Part shown: in pieces, positions 41,201-50,493 of the stretch
Layout: each line of letters opens with the position of its first letter
Numbering within the stretch: the first letter of the stretch is position 1
NCBI GenBank assembly: GCA_002499705.1
Contig: DAMU01000036.1
Coordinates: forward strand, 7,314-71,313
Source of the DNA: Euryarchaeota archaeon UBA91
GTDB lineage: Archaea > Thermoplasmatota > Poseidoniia > Poseidoniales > Poseidoniaceae
Reading direction: 5' to 3'
Length of the DNA stretch: 64,000 nt
Position numbers and translations under genes: made by a program
The notes under the pieces: model-generated
What the model was told of the DNA's origin: nothing
The model's database searches: none
The model's input: only the letters and a program-made list of their open reading frames with translations

Positions 41201-43685
41201 CAACTCCCCGATTGTTTTGTCTTCGACTCCAGGTGACGGAACTGAACGTCACGCAGGACCGCCAGCCCCTGGTGGTCAGCCAATCAGTATTATGATTCAA
41301 GATTCCGTAGATCCTCCAAACCAAGTCACTTTGAATTATTGGATTGGGTGCAAAGCGAGCGATTCACTTGGTTGCAGTGATTACAATTTTGATGGATTGC
41401 CGAATTCAGATGAATACGAGATGAAGGTCCTCACTTCCCCGGATACTCAAGTCGGTGGGCTGAATATCTTCGATGGATTGATTGATGATTCTATGCTTCT
41501 ACATGGTCAACGTGTGTCGTATTTCATCACCGGAAAAGATGCACAAGATAACGCAATTGCAGAAGGCGGAGGTCCTGTTTGTCCTGACAGCAACATCGCC
41601 TGCGGATACGTTCCCGGCGAGGTTATGCCTGACTGGGACAATGACTTGGGAACCTATAACATACGTGTGGAATTTGAACCGCAGCTCGACTTGGATAATT
41701 CGACTATTTTAGGTCACGATGACAAAGCACCCTTACACCCGGGTATACCATACACCGCTCAAATCGTACTCTCAGACCGTAACGGTTGGGAAGACATTCA
41801 ATACATTCAACTGGCGCTTGGAGGCGACTTCAATGATGACGAAACATCATTGTTCATTTCACTCACGAAAGGAATGGATGGAGCACCAGTCGCTGTAATG
41901 ACATCTGGTTCTGCTAACATCGCAGTTTCGAATCTTTACTCAAGTGTGGACTTGGATGAGAATAACAACAGCATCATCAAAATCCTAGCACGCTTCCAAC
42001 TCACGTGGACGTTCCCTGAATCCTTTGATACAGATGGATTAACTCAAATCACTCCGAAGATTCTTGTTACAGATCTGCCCTGTAATGTGGGGGAAGAGAC
42101 ACCATGCTTCGAAGCAACAGCTGGTTTGGGCAACGATGCTTGGAGTCTTGACAACGATTTCCGATTCGATACCATGGAGGGGCACATTCGTGCAGTTGAA
42201 CTTCGAGATGGAACCAATCATTACAATTCCGACTTTACAGAAACCCTCATCGGTGCTGGTCAGGCCTTACGAGTGAACGGTCGTGTTCTGTTCTCTGAAG
42301 ATGAGACACCTGCTCCTGCAGGTGCATTTGATGTTGTCTTTGGAGACTATGATAATACTTGGAAAACATCAACGCGCAATGATGGTGAGTTCAGCCTTGA
42401 TTTGCTGATACCATCCGTGCCTTCTGGACATCTTGACTTGCGTTTGGGTCTAGGGGATTTGCCAGGTTTAGCTATGGATGAGACACCGACTATACAGCGA
42501 GTTCGTCTTGCTGTTGACAACTCACGCCCTACCATTGCAGCAATTACTCTTGACGAAGTTTCGGCTGGAAACGATTTGTCAATCGGAGCTTGCGGTGACC
42601 TGTTAGTCATGCTTGAAACCATTGATGACTATGGCTTTGACCTTACAGAACCAGCGGTGTTGCATTATCGTGTTCGGGCAGGAGAGGCTGAGATCTCACG
42701 AGGCAGTGTTCCGCTACCTGATACTACTCCGTTTGGTGAACAATTTTTCTGGACTGGTAATCTCGACCTCACTGATTCAGGAGCCACTACGCTTTTGCCG
42801 TCCTACATGGTTGACGTTTGGGTTTCAGGTTCAGACTCTTCAGGTAACCCGTTTGATACGCTCGGTAATTCCATTTCCCAACCAATCGCATCATGGTCGC
42901 TGGCTCTACTCGGGCCAAGCATTGACTTGAATTTGCCAACAAGTACATTCTCTTGGGATGACCCAAGTCCAATCACCGGGCAAGAAGTTGGACTCGAGTT
43001 TGAAGTTCGTAATCTCGGAGGAAAGGGCGATGTTGCTTTCATTCTCCAGCGAGCAGTTGATGGAGGGTTCTGGCAAGATACCTCACGCATTGACCTCGTA
43101 GCATCAGCCGGTTCGACAGTCGTTGGAACTCTACCAACGGTGGCCGATGTTGATGCGGGCGACAGTATTCAGTTCAGAATCGTCATCTTGGTTGATGAAG
43201 TCGAGATGGATCGAAAGACACTGGATCCTTTGCTGGTTAAAGAAGAAACAATTCGAGATGGTGAAGCACTTGCATTACAAGCCCAAGAAGGGGCATTCAG
43301 TATCGTTCTTTACCTGATTGCTCTTGTATCTCTAAGCCTTGCAATGTGGTTGCTTGTTATGAATCGAAGAATACGTGAAGGTGAACTCGAAGGTGGAGTT
43401 GAAGACCAGACTGAAGAAGTCCTTGAGGACCTCGCAATCTCGAAAACTCTCCCCGCAATCGATACCAATGTTCCTCCTCCAGCCGGGTTAATTCTTCCAC
43501 AACCGGCTGCAACACCCGCACCTGCAGTTGTTCAACCTGCACCAGCACCCCAACCCGAGCCTGCTCCGCAACTCGATGCTCCACGTGCTCCGCCTCCCCT
43601 ACCGCCGACCGGTTTGCCGCAAGGGTGGACTCAAGAACAGTGGAATCACTTCGGCTGGGACTATGTCAATGCAATGAAAAAGTGA
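38250..43685 (+). CDS. 1,811-aa cell-surface protein with C-terminal TM, Pro-rich linker and GLPxGWTxEQW tail
   Basis: Signal peptide; beta-rich domains (VSADNGTHW, VSNDNGSTW); TM FSIVLYLIALVSLSLAMWLLVM-NRR; tail PPLPPTGLPQGWTQEQWNHFGWDY. Confidence 0.8.
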   Translation: MQNDLSNGRGVMFVLFFIMVLAPMGPMADVVVGSADATGVSRHVYSLHDGSTEYVALYQGANPDTGAMVSLPKGALVTDVSLTLSGASATGWSQTATDDRDEWISGSSSATDDRSDELGLAFSNRSTTFFPHGYDEVEHPSSDAWLDNGSYAIRQPHTSNSTESRFSQQALKTSSSLMKQSQGAILKHHDWLFMSTWSSSSFHNIVHRLYPNNATKESVITLDQGQCTIASLHPSSYYGSYGFRDWTITDDERMFAILSGYRYHYSSSAPTQYHRVLEMDISRDDTWTCIDSYDVSPQYSDYTAIAYDRTSDEVWIVHNAQRRIVPYTFGDQPDGQYTRGQDMYSYSSSSGSSWECGKTGQQVRGLEVNQSTFFMRCQKGTSSQDKDQLEAWTISGTSTSLVPQSGTRLLSTLGYGLQYDGSRFVTVDCGYSTWSSATLYYREYGTGWQFKTTPAPGTTTWYGPVTESSDPILMVNMQTYSSAASIGDRVDYWVSADNGTHWESVESNSTIHFSYPGTELVWKAQLIGSTAVSWWVDLEYSTEYASSGSWTSPPFTTGTKIGKVKPNWVADVPSGTSVVVQVSNDNGSTWLPATNNQEVSFPSTEAGNTIKYAVSLSTTDVSLSPLIDSITMEYEEGYPDRPKLDIGNDLVWDWESLLFLNESAVTASDQSVVNDEVQAQPTLVQAFNSFIPQNGDGDVLIPIAVKAASSGRVKISNIDIAYKMQTRAIDASLEGGLLSPDGISRNLQVRIAPGDEVDRVTESLIALNNSYGENPAFDWQRGDTCSVISDAGGIVQFDVANCTSTMDSFGEVTIRIPVAVNWTWDDESSMQALITVEDDLGQAVSAWETEDLDIIVENDIQLDGLRVFEETGRELYSQDWVRGGFNLSFTGQIFFQNSQLTPLGGQFALRVLGQNVTYDGDPIGEPILLAQEQNPAFGEYNITFQSPLESSPGGMVFYVEAIQLKNGSTFANPGYNTIRLVLDGNSPIVLSSTPGDGTERHAGPPAPGGQPISIMIQDSVDPPNQVTLNYWIGCKASDSLGCSDYNFDGLPNSDEYEMKVLTSPDTQVGGLNIFDGLIDDSMLLHGQRVSYFITGKDAQDNAIAEGGGPVCPDSNIACGYVPGEVMPDWDNDLGTYNIRVEFEPQLDLDNSTILGHDDKAPLHPGIPYTAQIVLSDRNGWEDIQYIQLALGGDFNDDETSLFISLTKGMDGAPVAVMTSGSANIAVSNLYSSVDLDENNNSIIKILARFQLTWTFPESFDTDGLTQITPKILVTDLPCNVGEETPCFEATAGLGNDAWSLDNDFRFDTMEGHIRAVELRDGTNHYNSDFTETLIGAGQALRVNGRVLFSEDETPAPAGAFDVVFGDYDNTWKTSTRNDGEFSLDLLIPSVPSGHLDLRLGLGDLPGLAMDETPTIQRVRLAVDNSRPTIAAITLDEVSAGNDLSIGACGDLLVMLETIDDYGFDLTEPAVLHYRVRAGEAEISRGSVPLPDTTPFGEQFFWTGNLDLTDSGATTLLPSYMVDVWVSGSDSSGNPFDTLGNSISQPIASWSLALLGPSIDLNLPTSTFSWDDPSPITGQEVGLEFEVRNLGGKGDVAFILQRAVDGGFWQDTSRIDLVASAGSTVVGTLPTVADVDAGDSIQFRIVILVDEVEMDRKTLDPLLVKEETIRDGEALALQAQEGAFSIVLYLIALVSLSLAMWLLVMNRRIREGELEGGVEDQTEEVLEDLAISKTLPAIDTNVPPPAGLILPQPAATPAPAVVQPAPAPQPEPAPQLDAPRAPPPLPPTGLPQGWTQEQWNHFGWDYVNAMKK

Positions 43686-43694
43686 GTTGTTTGA

Positions 43695-44147
43695 ATGACT
43701 GACACAGGGGCTACTCCCATCGACGGAATGGTGACATTGCAAGAACGGATGGTGAACCTCATCAATCAACTGAACATGCCTCTAATTGAAGTCAGCCTGG
43801 TTCTCAGCAAGCACATTGCAGGACTTTCTCGTTCATTAGATGAACATATCAACGAAACTCAGCAGACATTTTCTGAATCGGTAACGCATCCTTGGGATAT
43901 AGAAACACCCGAAGACCCAGAAAATGAGTTTAGTTTTGATCTTGAAAAAATATTCAAAATCATTGATGCTGACAGGATGGACATTCTCGCTACCCTTATT
44001 CGAGTGACACTCGTTGAAATTGATGCGTCATTGGCTGAAGGATTACTTGCGTTACGGCCATGGGAGGCACTTTCTCGTACTCAGTTGTCAAAGGCAAAGG
44101 GGCCTGGACAACTCTTCTCACCCCTTGAAATTCCAGAAGACTGGTGA
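43695..44147 (+). CDS. Hypothetical helical protein
   Basis: 150-aa ORF 9 nt after the preceding stop, same strand. Confidence 0.6.
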   Translation: MTDTGATPIDGMVTLQERMVNLINQLNMPLIEVSLVLSKHIAGLSRSLDEHINETQQTFSESVTHPWDIETPEDPENEFSFDLEKIFKIIDADRMDILATLIRVTLVEIDASLAEGLLALRPWEALSRTQLSKAKGPGQLFSPLEIPEDW

Positions 44148-44184
44148 GCAATGGGTTTGAAAATAGCGACACGTACCGCCCAGC

Positions 44185-44976
44185 ATGGACAAGTCGGTTC
44201 GTATCTGTTTTGGAATCCTCGGGGTCCTACTTGCACCACTTCTCTCGGGCTGCATCGGTACTGACGGTCTCGCCAATTCAGCAACAAATCGAGGAATACC
44301 CGGTGGATTGACGCTGGCATGTCTGGATGATTCAGTCTACACTTCGATGGTTGTCGAAGTCGATTATCATCCGGGATATAGACCTGAAACCACCTCTACG
44401 GATTTGTTACTGGAACGTCTTGATTCGGTATGTGACAAACCCCAAGGCATTACGATTCAATTAACCGAGACTTCGTTCACCAATGATGAAATCTGGACTG
44501 CTGATGATGTTCGAGATGTGGGTTGGGAAGAAAAAAGTCATGATCCAAGAGATAAATCAGTTCTTTATTGGCAAGTCATTTTCCCGGCGGGCGTCTATGA
44601 AGACAGCAGTGTTCTCGGTGTTGCTGTTGATGCATCGACCGTGGCTATGTTCAAGGATTCGATAGATGATGCAGAGAATATCTTCCGCAGACCTTCCGCC
44701 GAGAAAATTGAGAACAGTGTATTGGTGCATGAATTTGGTCACCTTTTGGGATTGGTTAACATTGTATACACTTCACCCGCCGACCACGAAGACAGTGAGC
44801 ATCCTGGCCATTCAAACAATGAAGATTCGGTGATGTACTGGGCAATTGAATCTACAAGTATTTCGAATTTCTTTTCAAATGAGTTGCCGACTGAATTTGA
44901 CCTCGATGACAAACAGGACCTGATTGGTTTGGCCGACGGTTCTATTGAATGCACAGACCAGCTGTGGAGACCTTAA
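44185..44976 (+). CDS. Lipoprotein zinc metallopeptidase (metzincin-like)
   Basis: Lipobox LLSG/C; VHEFGHLLGL; downstream HPGHS and a Met-turn SVMY. Confidence 0.75.
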   Translation: MDKSVRICFGILGVLLAPLLSGCIGTDGLANSATNRGIPGGLTLACLDDSVYTSMVVEVDYHPGYRPETTSTDLLLERLDSVCDKPQGITIQLTETSFTNDEIWTADDVRDVGWEEKSHDPRDKSVLYWQVIFPAGVYEDSSVLGVAVDASTVAMFKDSIDDAENIFRRPSAEKIENSVLVHEFGHLLGLVNIVYTSPADHEDSEHPGHSNNEDSVMYWAIESTSISNFFSNELPTEFDLDDKQDLIGLADGSIECTDQLWRP

Positions 44977-45395
44977 CCAGTTTGAGAGGCAATAAGTTTC
45001 GTTGCTTCTCGCCAAGCATCAAACACTGAATAAGCCCACAAACCAATCCATAAGACGATGGTAAGGGCAAGTGGAATTTGCAAGAGCGTCCAATCGAATG
45101 CTTTGCGATGTTGTCTGTTGAAATGTTGACCGAGGAATAAAAACGGTATTGATGCCAGTAAGGCAGTGATTAACGGGCGCAACGTGCCCCAAGCGCCTAC
45201 TCCAAAAGTAAACTCTTTCCAGATTTCTCGAAATAAACGGACTGGCCTCCATTCAAGCATGGTGCTTTTCTCCTCATCAGGAGACTCCATGCTCACTTCG
45301 GTATGTACATCCATACTCGCCACTGCATTGCCCTGTTGGTTCTCGTTTGTCAAGATGACGGGGCTTTTTTCGACACGAATATCAAAAACCGCCAA
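44973..45395 (-). CDS. Small membrane protein (2 TM)
   Basis: Two hydrophobic helices; start uncertain, possibly ATG 45314. Confidence 0.55.
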   Translation of the reverse strand: MAVFDIRVEKSPVILTNENQQGNAVASMDVHTEVSMESPDEEKSTMLEWRPVRLFREIWKEFTFGVGAWGTLRPLITALLASIPFLFLGQHFNRQHRKAFDWTLLQIPLALTIVLWIGLWAYSVFDAWREATKLIASQTG

Positions 45396-45409
45396 CTCGA
45401 GGCGTGGTC

Positions 45410-46456
45410 ATGGTTCGGATTTTAGTGACGGGTTTTGAACCATTTGGCGAGCATGTTGAGAATATTTCCAGCCGGATTGTCGAAGCACTTCCACAACAAA
45501 TTCAGCTTGATGACCCTTGGTCTGCTTTACGAGAAACCAAGAAACAATCTCTACAAGCCGTCATCGAAACACGTATTCTTACCGTTGATGAGGCCGGTTC
45601 ATTGCACACATCCAGCGCAGTTGAAAAAGGAGAGAGATGGGATGCAATTCTACACCTCGGACTCTGCGAATCTTGCCAAATACCTCGAATTGAAACTCTT
45701 GCCCGAGACCATCTTGACATGAGGATTCCAGACAACAGCGGCCGTCAAGTCTCGAATCAAGTGATTACCGGTGAAGGTTCTCTTCCAGTTACTGTACCTG
45801 CAGAGTCATGGATGTCAGTTCCATGGAGTTTGGAATGCGAACTTTCCCAAGATGCAGGTTCGTATCTTTGTAATGAAACACTCTATCAGACACTTCGAGC
45901 ATTACATAAAATTTCACGGGTCAATGAAATCATGCCGCCATGTCTATTTGTCCATCTGCCTGATGTCGTAAACTGTTCAATACAGGAAGGTTTAGAATTT
46001 ACTCACGAGGTTCTTGAAAGAATGATGTTTCGACCCGTCCTTTCTGTTGTCGGTGCTTTGATTACTCGTGGTGAATCTTATCTTGTTGCTCAACGTTCAA
46101 CCACAGAAAAGCATGCCGGGAAGTGGGAGTTTCCCGGAGGAAAAGTTGAGTCAAACGAAACACATCCCTTTGCCTTAGAGCGAGAGATGGATGAAGAATT
46201 TGGATGGCAAGTTCGATGCGGAAATTCGATTGGAACGTGGTATCATTCGCTTGAAAAAATGGATATTGCTTTGCACATTTTGCCAACCGATTTCATCGGC
46301 ATCCCTCCAGATTTTACCGACATGACGCTGTGGACAGCTCATGAGGCAATTTGCTGGAGGAATCTCGACGATCCTTCAAAACTCGACTGGCTTGGAAACG
46401 ACGGTGCTGTTGTCCAATGGATGAAGGAAACGAATTATTTGGCTAAATCCAAGTAA
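45410..46456 (+). CDS. Pyroglutamyl-peptidase I (C15) fused to MutT-like Nudix hydrolase
   Basis: ILVTGFEPFG, RIE, DAGSYLCN, FVHLP (Glu/Cys/His triad); C-terminal WEFPGGKVESNETHPFALEREMDEEFG Nudix box. Confidence 0.85.
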   Translation: MVRILVTGFEPFGEHVENISSRIVEALPQQIQLDDPWSALRETKKQSLQAVIETRILTVDEAGSLHTSSAVEKGERWDAILHLGLCESCQIPRIETLARDHLDMRIPDNSGRQVSNQVITGEGSLPVTVPAESWMSVPWSLECELSQDAGSYLCNETLYQTLRALHKISRVNEIMPPCLFVHLPDVVNCSIQEGLEFTHEVLERMMFRPVLSVVGALITRGESYLVAQRSTTEKHAGKWEFPGGKVESNETHPFALEREMDEEFGWQVRCGNSIGTWYHSLEKMDIALHILPTDFIGIPPDFTDMTLWTAHEAICWRNLDDPSKLDWLGNDGAVVQWMKETNYLAKSK

Positions 46457-46946
46457 CTGCTTCACCGTCTTCACTCATCGCAAGGTCATCTTTGATTGAA
46501 CGTGGTGCGATATCTCTGCCTTTATGCCAAGTTGCCGCTTCCAACCAGTCACCGAGATTTTCACCTTCAAGAGTGATTGAAATGACTCCGCCGAGAGGCT
46601 GTTCTTCACCTAAAGGAAATGCTATTTTACCAACAATTGCCGCCTGACGTAGTAGGTCAAAGGAAGTGCTTGAGCCATCAAAACGAAGCGTCATTGCGTC
46701 CAGCGCAGTATCGAGTATTCGTTGTTCATGTAATAATTTAAGAAATGTTTCAAGTGAAACTTGCTCACCTCTCCACGTCTCATGAATCGCATTTCCAAGG
46801 GTCGGCACATCGACTTCTTCTTGGCTTGGAAATTCAGGGAAGACAGCGAAAAGTGCTTCTCTCACCTTCGCAGGAGAATCTGCTCCTCTTAGCTCCGTTT
46901 GAACAATGATGCGCAAGTTTTCATTGACACCGTTCAGGCGAAGCAT
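46443..46946 (-). CDS. Putative RNA-binding protein, DUF54/UPF0201-like
   Basis: DSPAKVREALFAVFP, LHEQRILDTA, RQAAIVGKIAF, PLGGVISITL; start uncertain. Confidence 0.6.
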   Translation of the reverse strand: MLRLNGVNENLRIIVQTELRGADSPAKVREALFAVFPEFPSQEEVDVPTLGNAIHETWRGEQVSLETFLKLLHEQRILDTALDAMTLRFDGSSTSFDLLRQAAIVGKIAFPLGEEQPLGGVISITLEGENLGDWLEAATWHKGRDIAPRSIKDDLAMSEDGEAVTWI

Positions 46947-47048
46947 AGGCTCTTGCATGAATACCGCCAAACCTCTCCGGCACATGAACATGCCTTTTGA
47001 AGACAAAAAAGGCGAAGAGGTGAAAGTCAAAGTCACATTCGGATTGCT

Positions 47049-48080
47049 ATGAGTGATGCCCAACCTTCGATTGCATCCATCATTCCTGTGCTGAATGAGT
47101 CGGAGTACATCGGTGCATGTTTGGACTCTCTCATCGAACAAACCCTCTCACCTGAGCAGCACATGGTCTTGGTTCTTGATGGAGGTTCAACCGATTCCAC
47201 AGGCGATGAAGTTCAGAAAGCAATTGAACGAAGTAAAAAGCGTGGAGGGCCTCTCATAGAGTTGCATTTCAATCCTAAAAAGCATGTTGCAGAAGCTCGA
47301 AACTTGGCATTAACTCTGCTTCCCGATTCAGTTCGATATACCGTTGAAATGATCGGTCACTCTACCGTTGAACCTGACCACTTAGAACTGCGAATGAATG
47401 AATGGTCTCGCATAGAATCGTCAACCTCCTCACCTTTGGCTGCAGTTGGTATTCGCGTTCATCCCCGTCAAGGTAAGCATGGAATTGTTGAAAATTGGAT
47501 TGAAGGAACGCTTGCATCTCCGTTGGGGAGCGGCAATGGGCAATTTGAATCCTTTACCACCTCAGGACCAACTAAGACCCCTGCTTTCGCCATGCATTCT
47601 CGGACGGCATTAGAGGATGTAGGAGGATGGGATACTGCCTACATAACCAGCCAAGACAGCGACCTTTCGATGCGATTGGTTGATTCAGGATATGCAGTCT
47701 ATCGAACACCGGCGACAGGTGTGAGTATGGTGAAACGTTCTGGACTTTCCAAGTGGTGGAAAATGGGGCACAGATACGGTTTTTGGCGGATGAAGATTTT
47801 GCAAAAGCATCCTAAAAGAATCAGTTTACGAGAATTTTTGCCATGGATTGGATTTTTAGTAACCTTAGGACTTTACATGGCACAGTCAGATCTTGTAGTC
47901 ATACTCCCCGTCTGCTATCTTTCAGTTCTCATGATTGAGGGCATTCGAAGCTCGTTCCGTTTCAAACGATTCTCAAGCCTTTTTGGTGTTCCTTTTTGTC
48001 TCATAATGCTTCACACCAGTTTTTCTCTGGGTCTCCTTGACGGGGTATTTCGCAAAGGTAGAGCGCCCAGTGACCGGTGA
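47049..48080 (+). CDS. Glycosyltransferase family 2, ExoA-like, with C-terminal TM helices
   Basis: SIIPVLNE..IGACLDSL, VLDGGSTDST, ARNLAL, VGGWD, QDSDLSMRL, YGFWR. Confidence 0.85.
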   Translation: MSDAQPSIASIIPVLNESEYIGACLDSLIEQTLSPEQHMVLVLDGGSTDSTGDEVQKAIERSKKRGGPLIELHFNPKKHVAEARNLALTLLPDSVRYTVEMIGHSTVEPDHLELRMNEWSRIESSTSSPLAAVGIRVHPRQGKHGIVENWIEGTLASPLGSGNGQFESFTTSGPTKTPAFAMHSRTALEDVGGWDTAYITSQDSDLSMRLVDSGYAVYRTPATGVSMVKRSGLSKWWKMGHRYGFWRMKILQKHPKRISLREFLPWIGFLVTLGLYMAQSDLVVILPVCYLSVLMIEGIRSSFRFKRFSSLFGVPFCLIMLHTSFSLGLLDGVFRKGRAPSDR

Positions 48081-48143
48081 TACTCGTGCGTACAATGGAT
48101 GAAAACATACTTGAGTGTTCAATTGAAACGAGGTTTGAGTATT

Positions 48144-49127
48144 ATGGCAAATGAGCGTACTGTTACGGCTCGCGGCATCGCAGTGTTGCCATTACTGCTT
48201 CTCGCAGTTACTCATTTTACTGTTACTCCATTGAAAGAAATATTTGAGATAGAACCACGTTTGATGTATGGTTGGTATGCAATCGGTATTGTTGTTGGCG
48301 TTTTCTTGTTTCGACGAACACGGACTGTTCGTGACCATGAATTTCATCGCGCACAAACCATGAAGTCAATGAAAAAAGTGTACGATGCAGAAGAAGCAGG
48401 AGTTTGGCAAACCGATGTGCAACTCGATAGTAATCTAAGTGCTGAAGGGGAGATGGCTCTCAAAAGAAATGTTTCCAGTATCGACAAAGAATCACCTGAA
48501 CTTGAACTAGGCGAAGATGAAAAAGTGGATGTTGATTTACTGCTTGAATCTGAACGGATTCGAAAAGCAAATCGTCGAATGAGCGGTGCTGAATCATTTG
48601 ATGATGAATATGTTGATTCTACCATTGGTGCAACGCGGAAGAAATCTCCAATGGATTCTTTCCTTGACGCTTTAGCCCGCTTATTTGGTAGGGGTGACGC
48701 AGTCCAATTACGAGAAGAAACACGACAGGCTGCTCTGCGTGCTGCCTCGAGCGCTTCTCCAGTTACTGCACAACGCCCGGTTGCTCCATTGAGGGCAGTC
48801 TCTTCACCAAGCGAGGGTGAATTGAAGATGACAACGATGTCGGATGATGGTGGAATCGATTTGGTCGTTTCCGAGAAGGGTGATGCGGTCGCCCAGTCGG
48901 CTCAGTTACAATCTGAGACCGAAAAGGTCTATGCTTGGGATTCCAATACTCCTGCCCAGCAGTCGAATGAAAGCATCGAATCTATGGCCATGATTTCAAC
49001 ACCCCAGTATGAAATGAACCAGCCAACTGAGGTTATTGCTTCACCCACCGGTAAATTGTGCCGTGGATGTAATGCAACTATCCCACAGGGTGAACCGTTC
49101 TGCCTTGAATGCGGACTTGACGCATAA
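48144..49127 (+). CDS. Membrane protein (2 TM) with C-terminal zinc ribbon
   Basis: Two N-terminal TM helices, charged low-complexity body, terminal CRGC...CLECG. Confidence 0.7.
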   Translation: MANERTVTARGIAVLPLLLLAVTHFTVTPLKEIFEIEPRLMYGWYAIGIVVGVFLFRRTRTVRDHEFHRAQTMKSMKKVYDAEEAGVWQTDVQLDSNLSAEGEMALKRNVSSIDKESPELELGEDEKVDVDLLLESERIRKANRRMSGAESFDDEYVDSTIGATRKKSPMDSFLDALARLFGRGDAVQLREETRQAALRAASSASPVTAQRPVAPLRAVSSPSEGELKMTTMSDDGGIDLVVSEKGDAVAQSAQLQSETEKVYAWDSNTPAQQSNESIESMAMISTPQYEMNQPTEVIASPTGKLCRGCNATIPQGEPFCLECGLDA

Positions 49128-49185
49128 GTTGGTCGTTTTCAAGCGAGATATTGAAAGAGGTCGTTGATACCCCTCGGTGTGTTGG

Positions 49186-50325
49186 GTGATTGACATATCT
49201 GAAAAGCGGGATTACTATGAAGTCTTAGGAGTGGCAAAAGATGCCTCTTCTGCAGACCTCAAAAACGCTTTTCGCAGTCTCGCTCGAAAGTATCATCCCG
49301 ACCGAAGTCAAGAAGACAACGCTGAAGAGATGTTCAAAGAAATTCAAGAAGCATATGCCGTTCTTTCAGATGAGCAGAAGCGTGGGCAATACGATCGATT
49401 TGGACATAAAGGACCTGGCGGCGGTTCTCCGTTTGGAGGTTTCGGCGGTGGCGGATTCAACATCAATTTAGAAGACCTCTTTGGTGGTGACATATTCTCT
49501 AACATCTTCGGTGGAGGTGGCGGTGGTGGACGACGTTCCCGCCGCCGAGGCAGCGACATTCGAATGTTTCATACAGTCGACCTTAAGAAAATCCATCACG
49601 GAAGTCAAGAGGAAGTTGAGGTTGAGTTACCTGTTGCATGCTCGAAATGTGCTGGAACTGGAGCCAAAGATGGCGAGATTTCTGACTGTAGAGAGTGCAA
49701 CGGCCAGGGCCGTGTTCGAATGCGCCAGCAGGTTGGGCCTTTTGTCCAAGACGTTGTTCGAGACTGTCCTTCATGCGAAGGCTCCGGCCATCAAATTGAC
49801 GAACAGTGCAGTACGTGTCGTGGTAAAGGAAAAGAAATCAAAGCCACAACATTACGCTTCAATATTCCCGCCGGAGCTGAATCTGGAACACGGCTTCGTA
49901 TGCGAGGTAAAGGTGAGCCAGCGCCTAATGGAAAGGGTGAGGATGGTGATTTATTTATTGAAATCGAAGTTGAAGAGCACCTATGGTTCGAACGTTCCAG
50001 TGCTGATTTAATCATGTCCTTGCCACTCGGTTATTCAGACCTTGTGTTGGGTACAAGTATCACTCTTGAGCACGTCGACGGTAAGGATTTGACAATTAAG
50101 GTTCCAGCCTATTCCAATTCTGGCGATACCATTGAAATTAAGAAAAGAGGCTTACCCCGAAACAGAGGCTCTGGCCGTGGAGATGTGATTGTATTGCTGA
50201 AGTTACACATGCCCAAGAAGGTTGATAAAAAGTCAAAGAAATCTCTTCAGGAATTAAAAGATGTTCTTGCACCAAAAGATATTCTTGAACGTATTAAAGC
50301 GGATGCGAAAGACCGACGGAATTGA
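49186..50325 (+). CDS. dnaJ: Chaperone DnaJ
   Basis: J domain DYYEVLGV...YHPD, G/F-rich region, four CxxCxGxG repeats, C-terminal domain; start codon ambiguous (GTG 49186 or ATA 49195). Confidence 0.96.
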   Translation: MIDISEKRDYYEVLGVAKDASSADLKNAFRSLARKYHPDRSQEDNAEEMFKEIQEAYAVLSDEQKRGQYDRFGHKGPGGGSPFGGFGGGGFNINLEDLFGGDIFSNIFGGGGGGGRRSRRRGSDIRMFHTVDLKKIHHGSQEEVEVELPVACSKCAGTGAKDGEISDCRECNGQGRVRMRQQVGPFVQDVVRDCPSCEGSGHQIDEQCSTCRGKGKEIKATTLRFNIPAGAESGTRLRMRGKGEPAPNGKGEDGDLFIEIEVEEHLWFERSSADLIMSLPLGYSDLVLGTSITLEHVDGKDLTIKVPAYSNSGDTIEIKKRGLPRNRGSGRGDVIVLLKLHMPKKVDKKSKKSLQELKDVLAPKDILERIKADAKDRRN

Positions 50326-50493
50326 AATTAGCTTAGACGATAGGACGTTATTCTTTCACTTGTTTTTTTGTTTTCGCCATCGATTACACTGTCAATTGAG
50401 AAATCATTGATGGATTGTTTAGGACTCATACATCGAGAATTGTTTGCCTATGAAGTGCAAGGTATGATAGGCAATAGTGAATTGGAATGCAAC

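Noticed and set aside
43490-43610. Pro/Ala-rich repetitive DNA as an independent repeat element
   Set aside because: It encodes the low-complexity cytoplasmic linker of the 1,811-aa protein.
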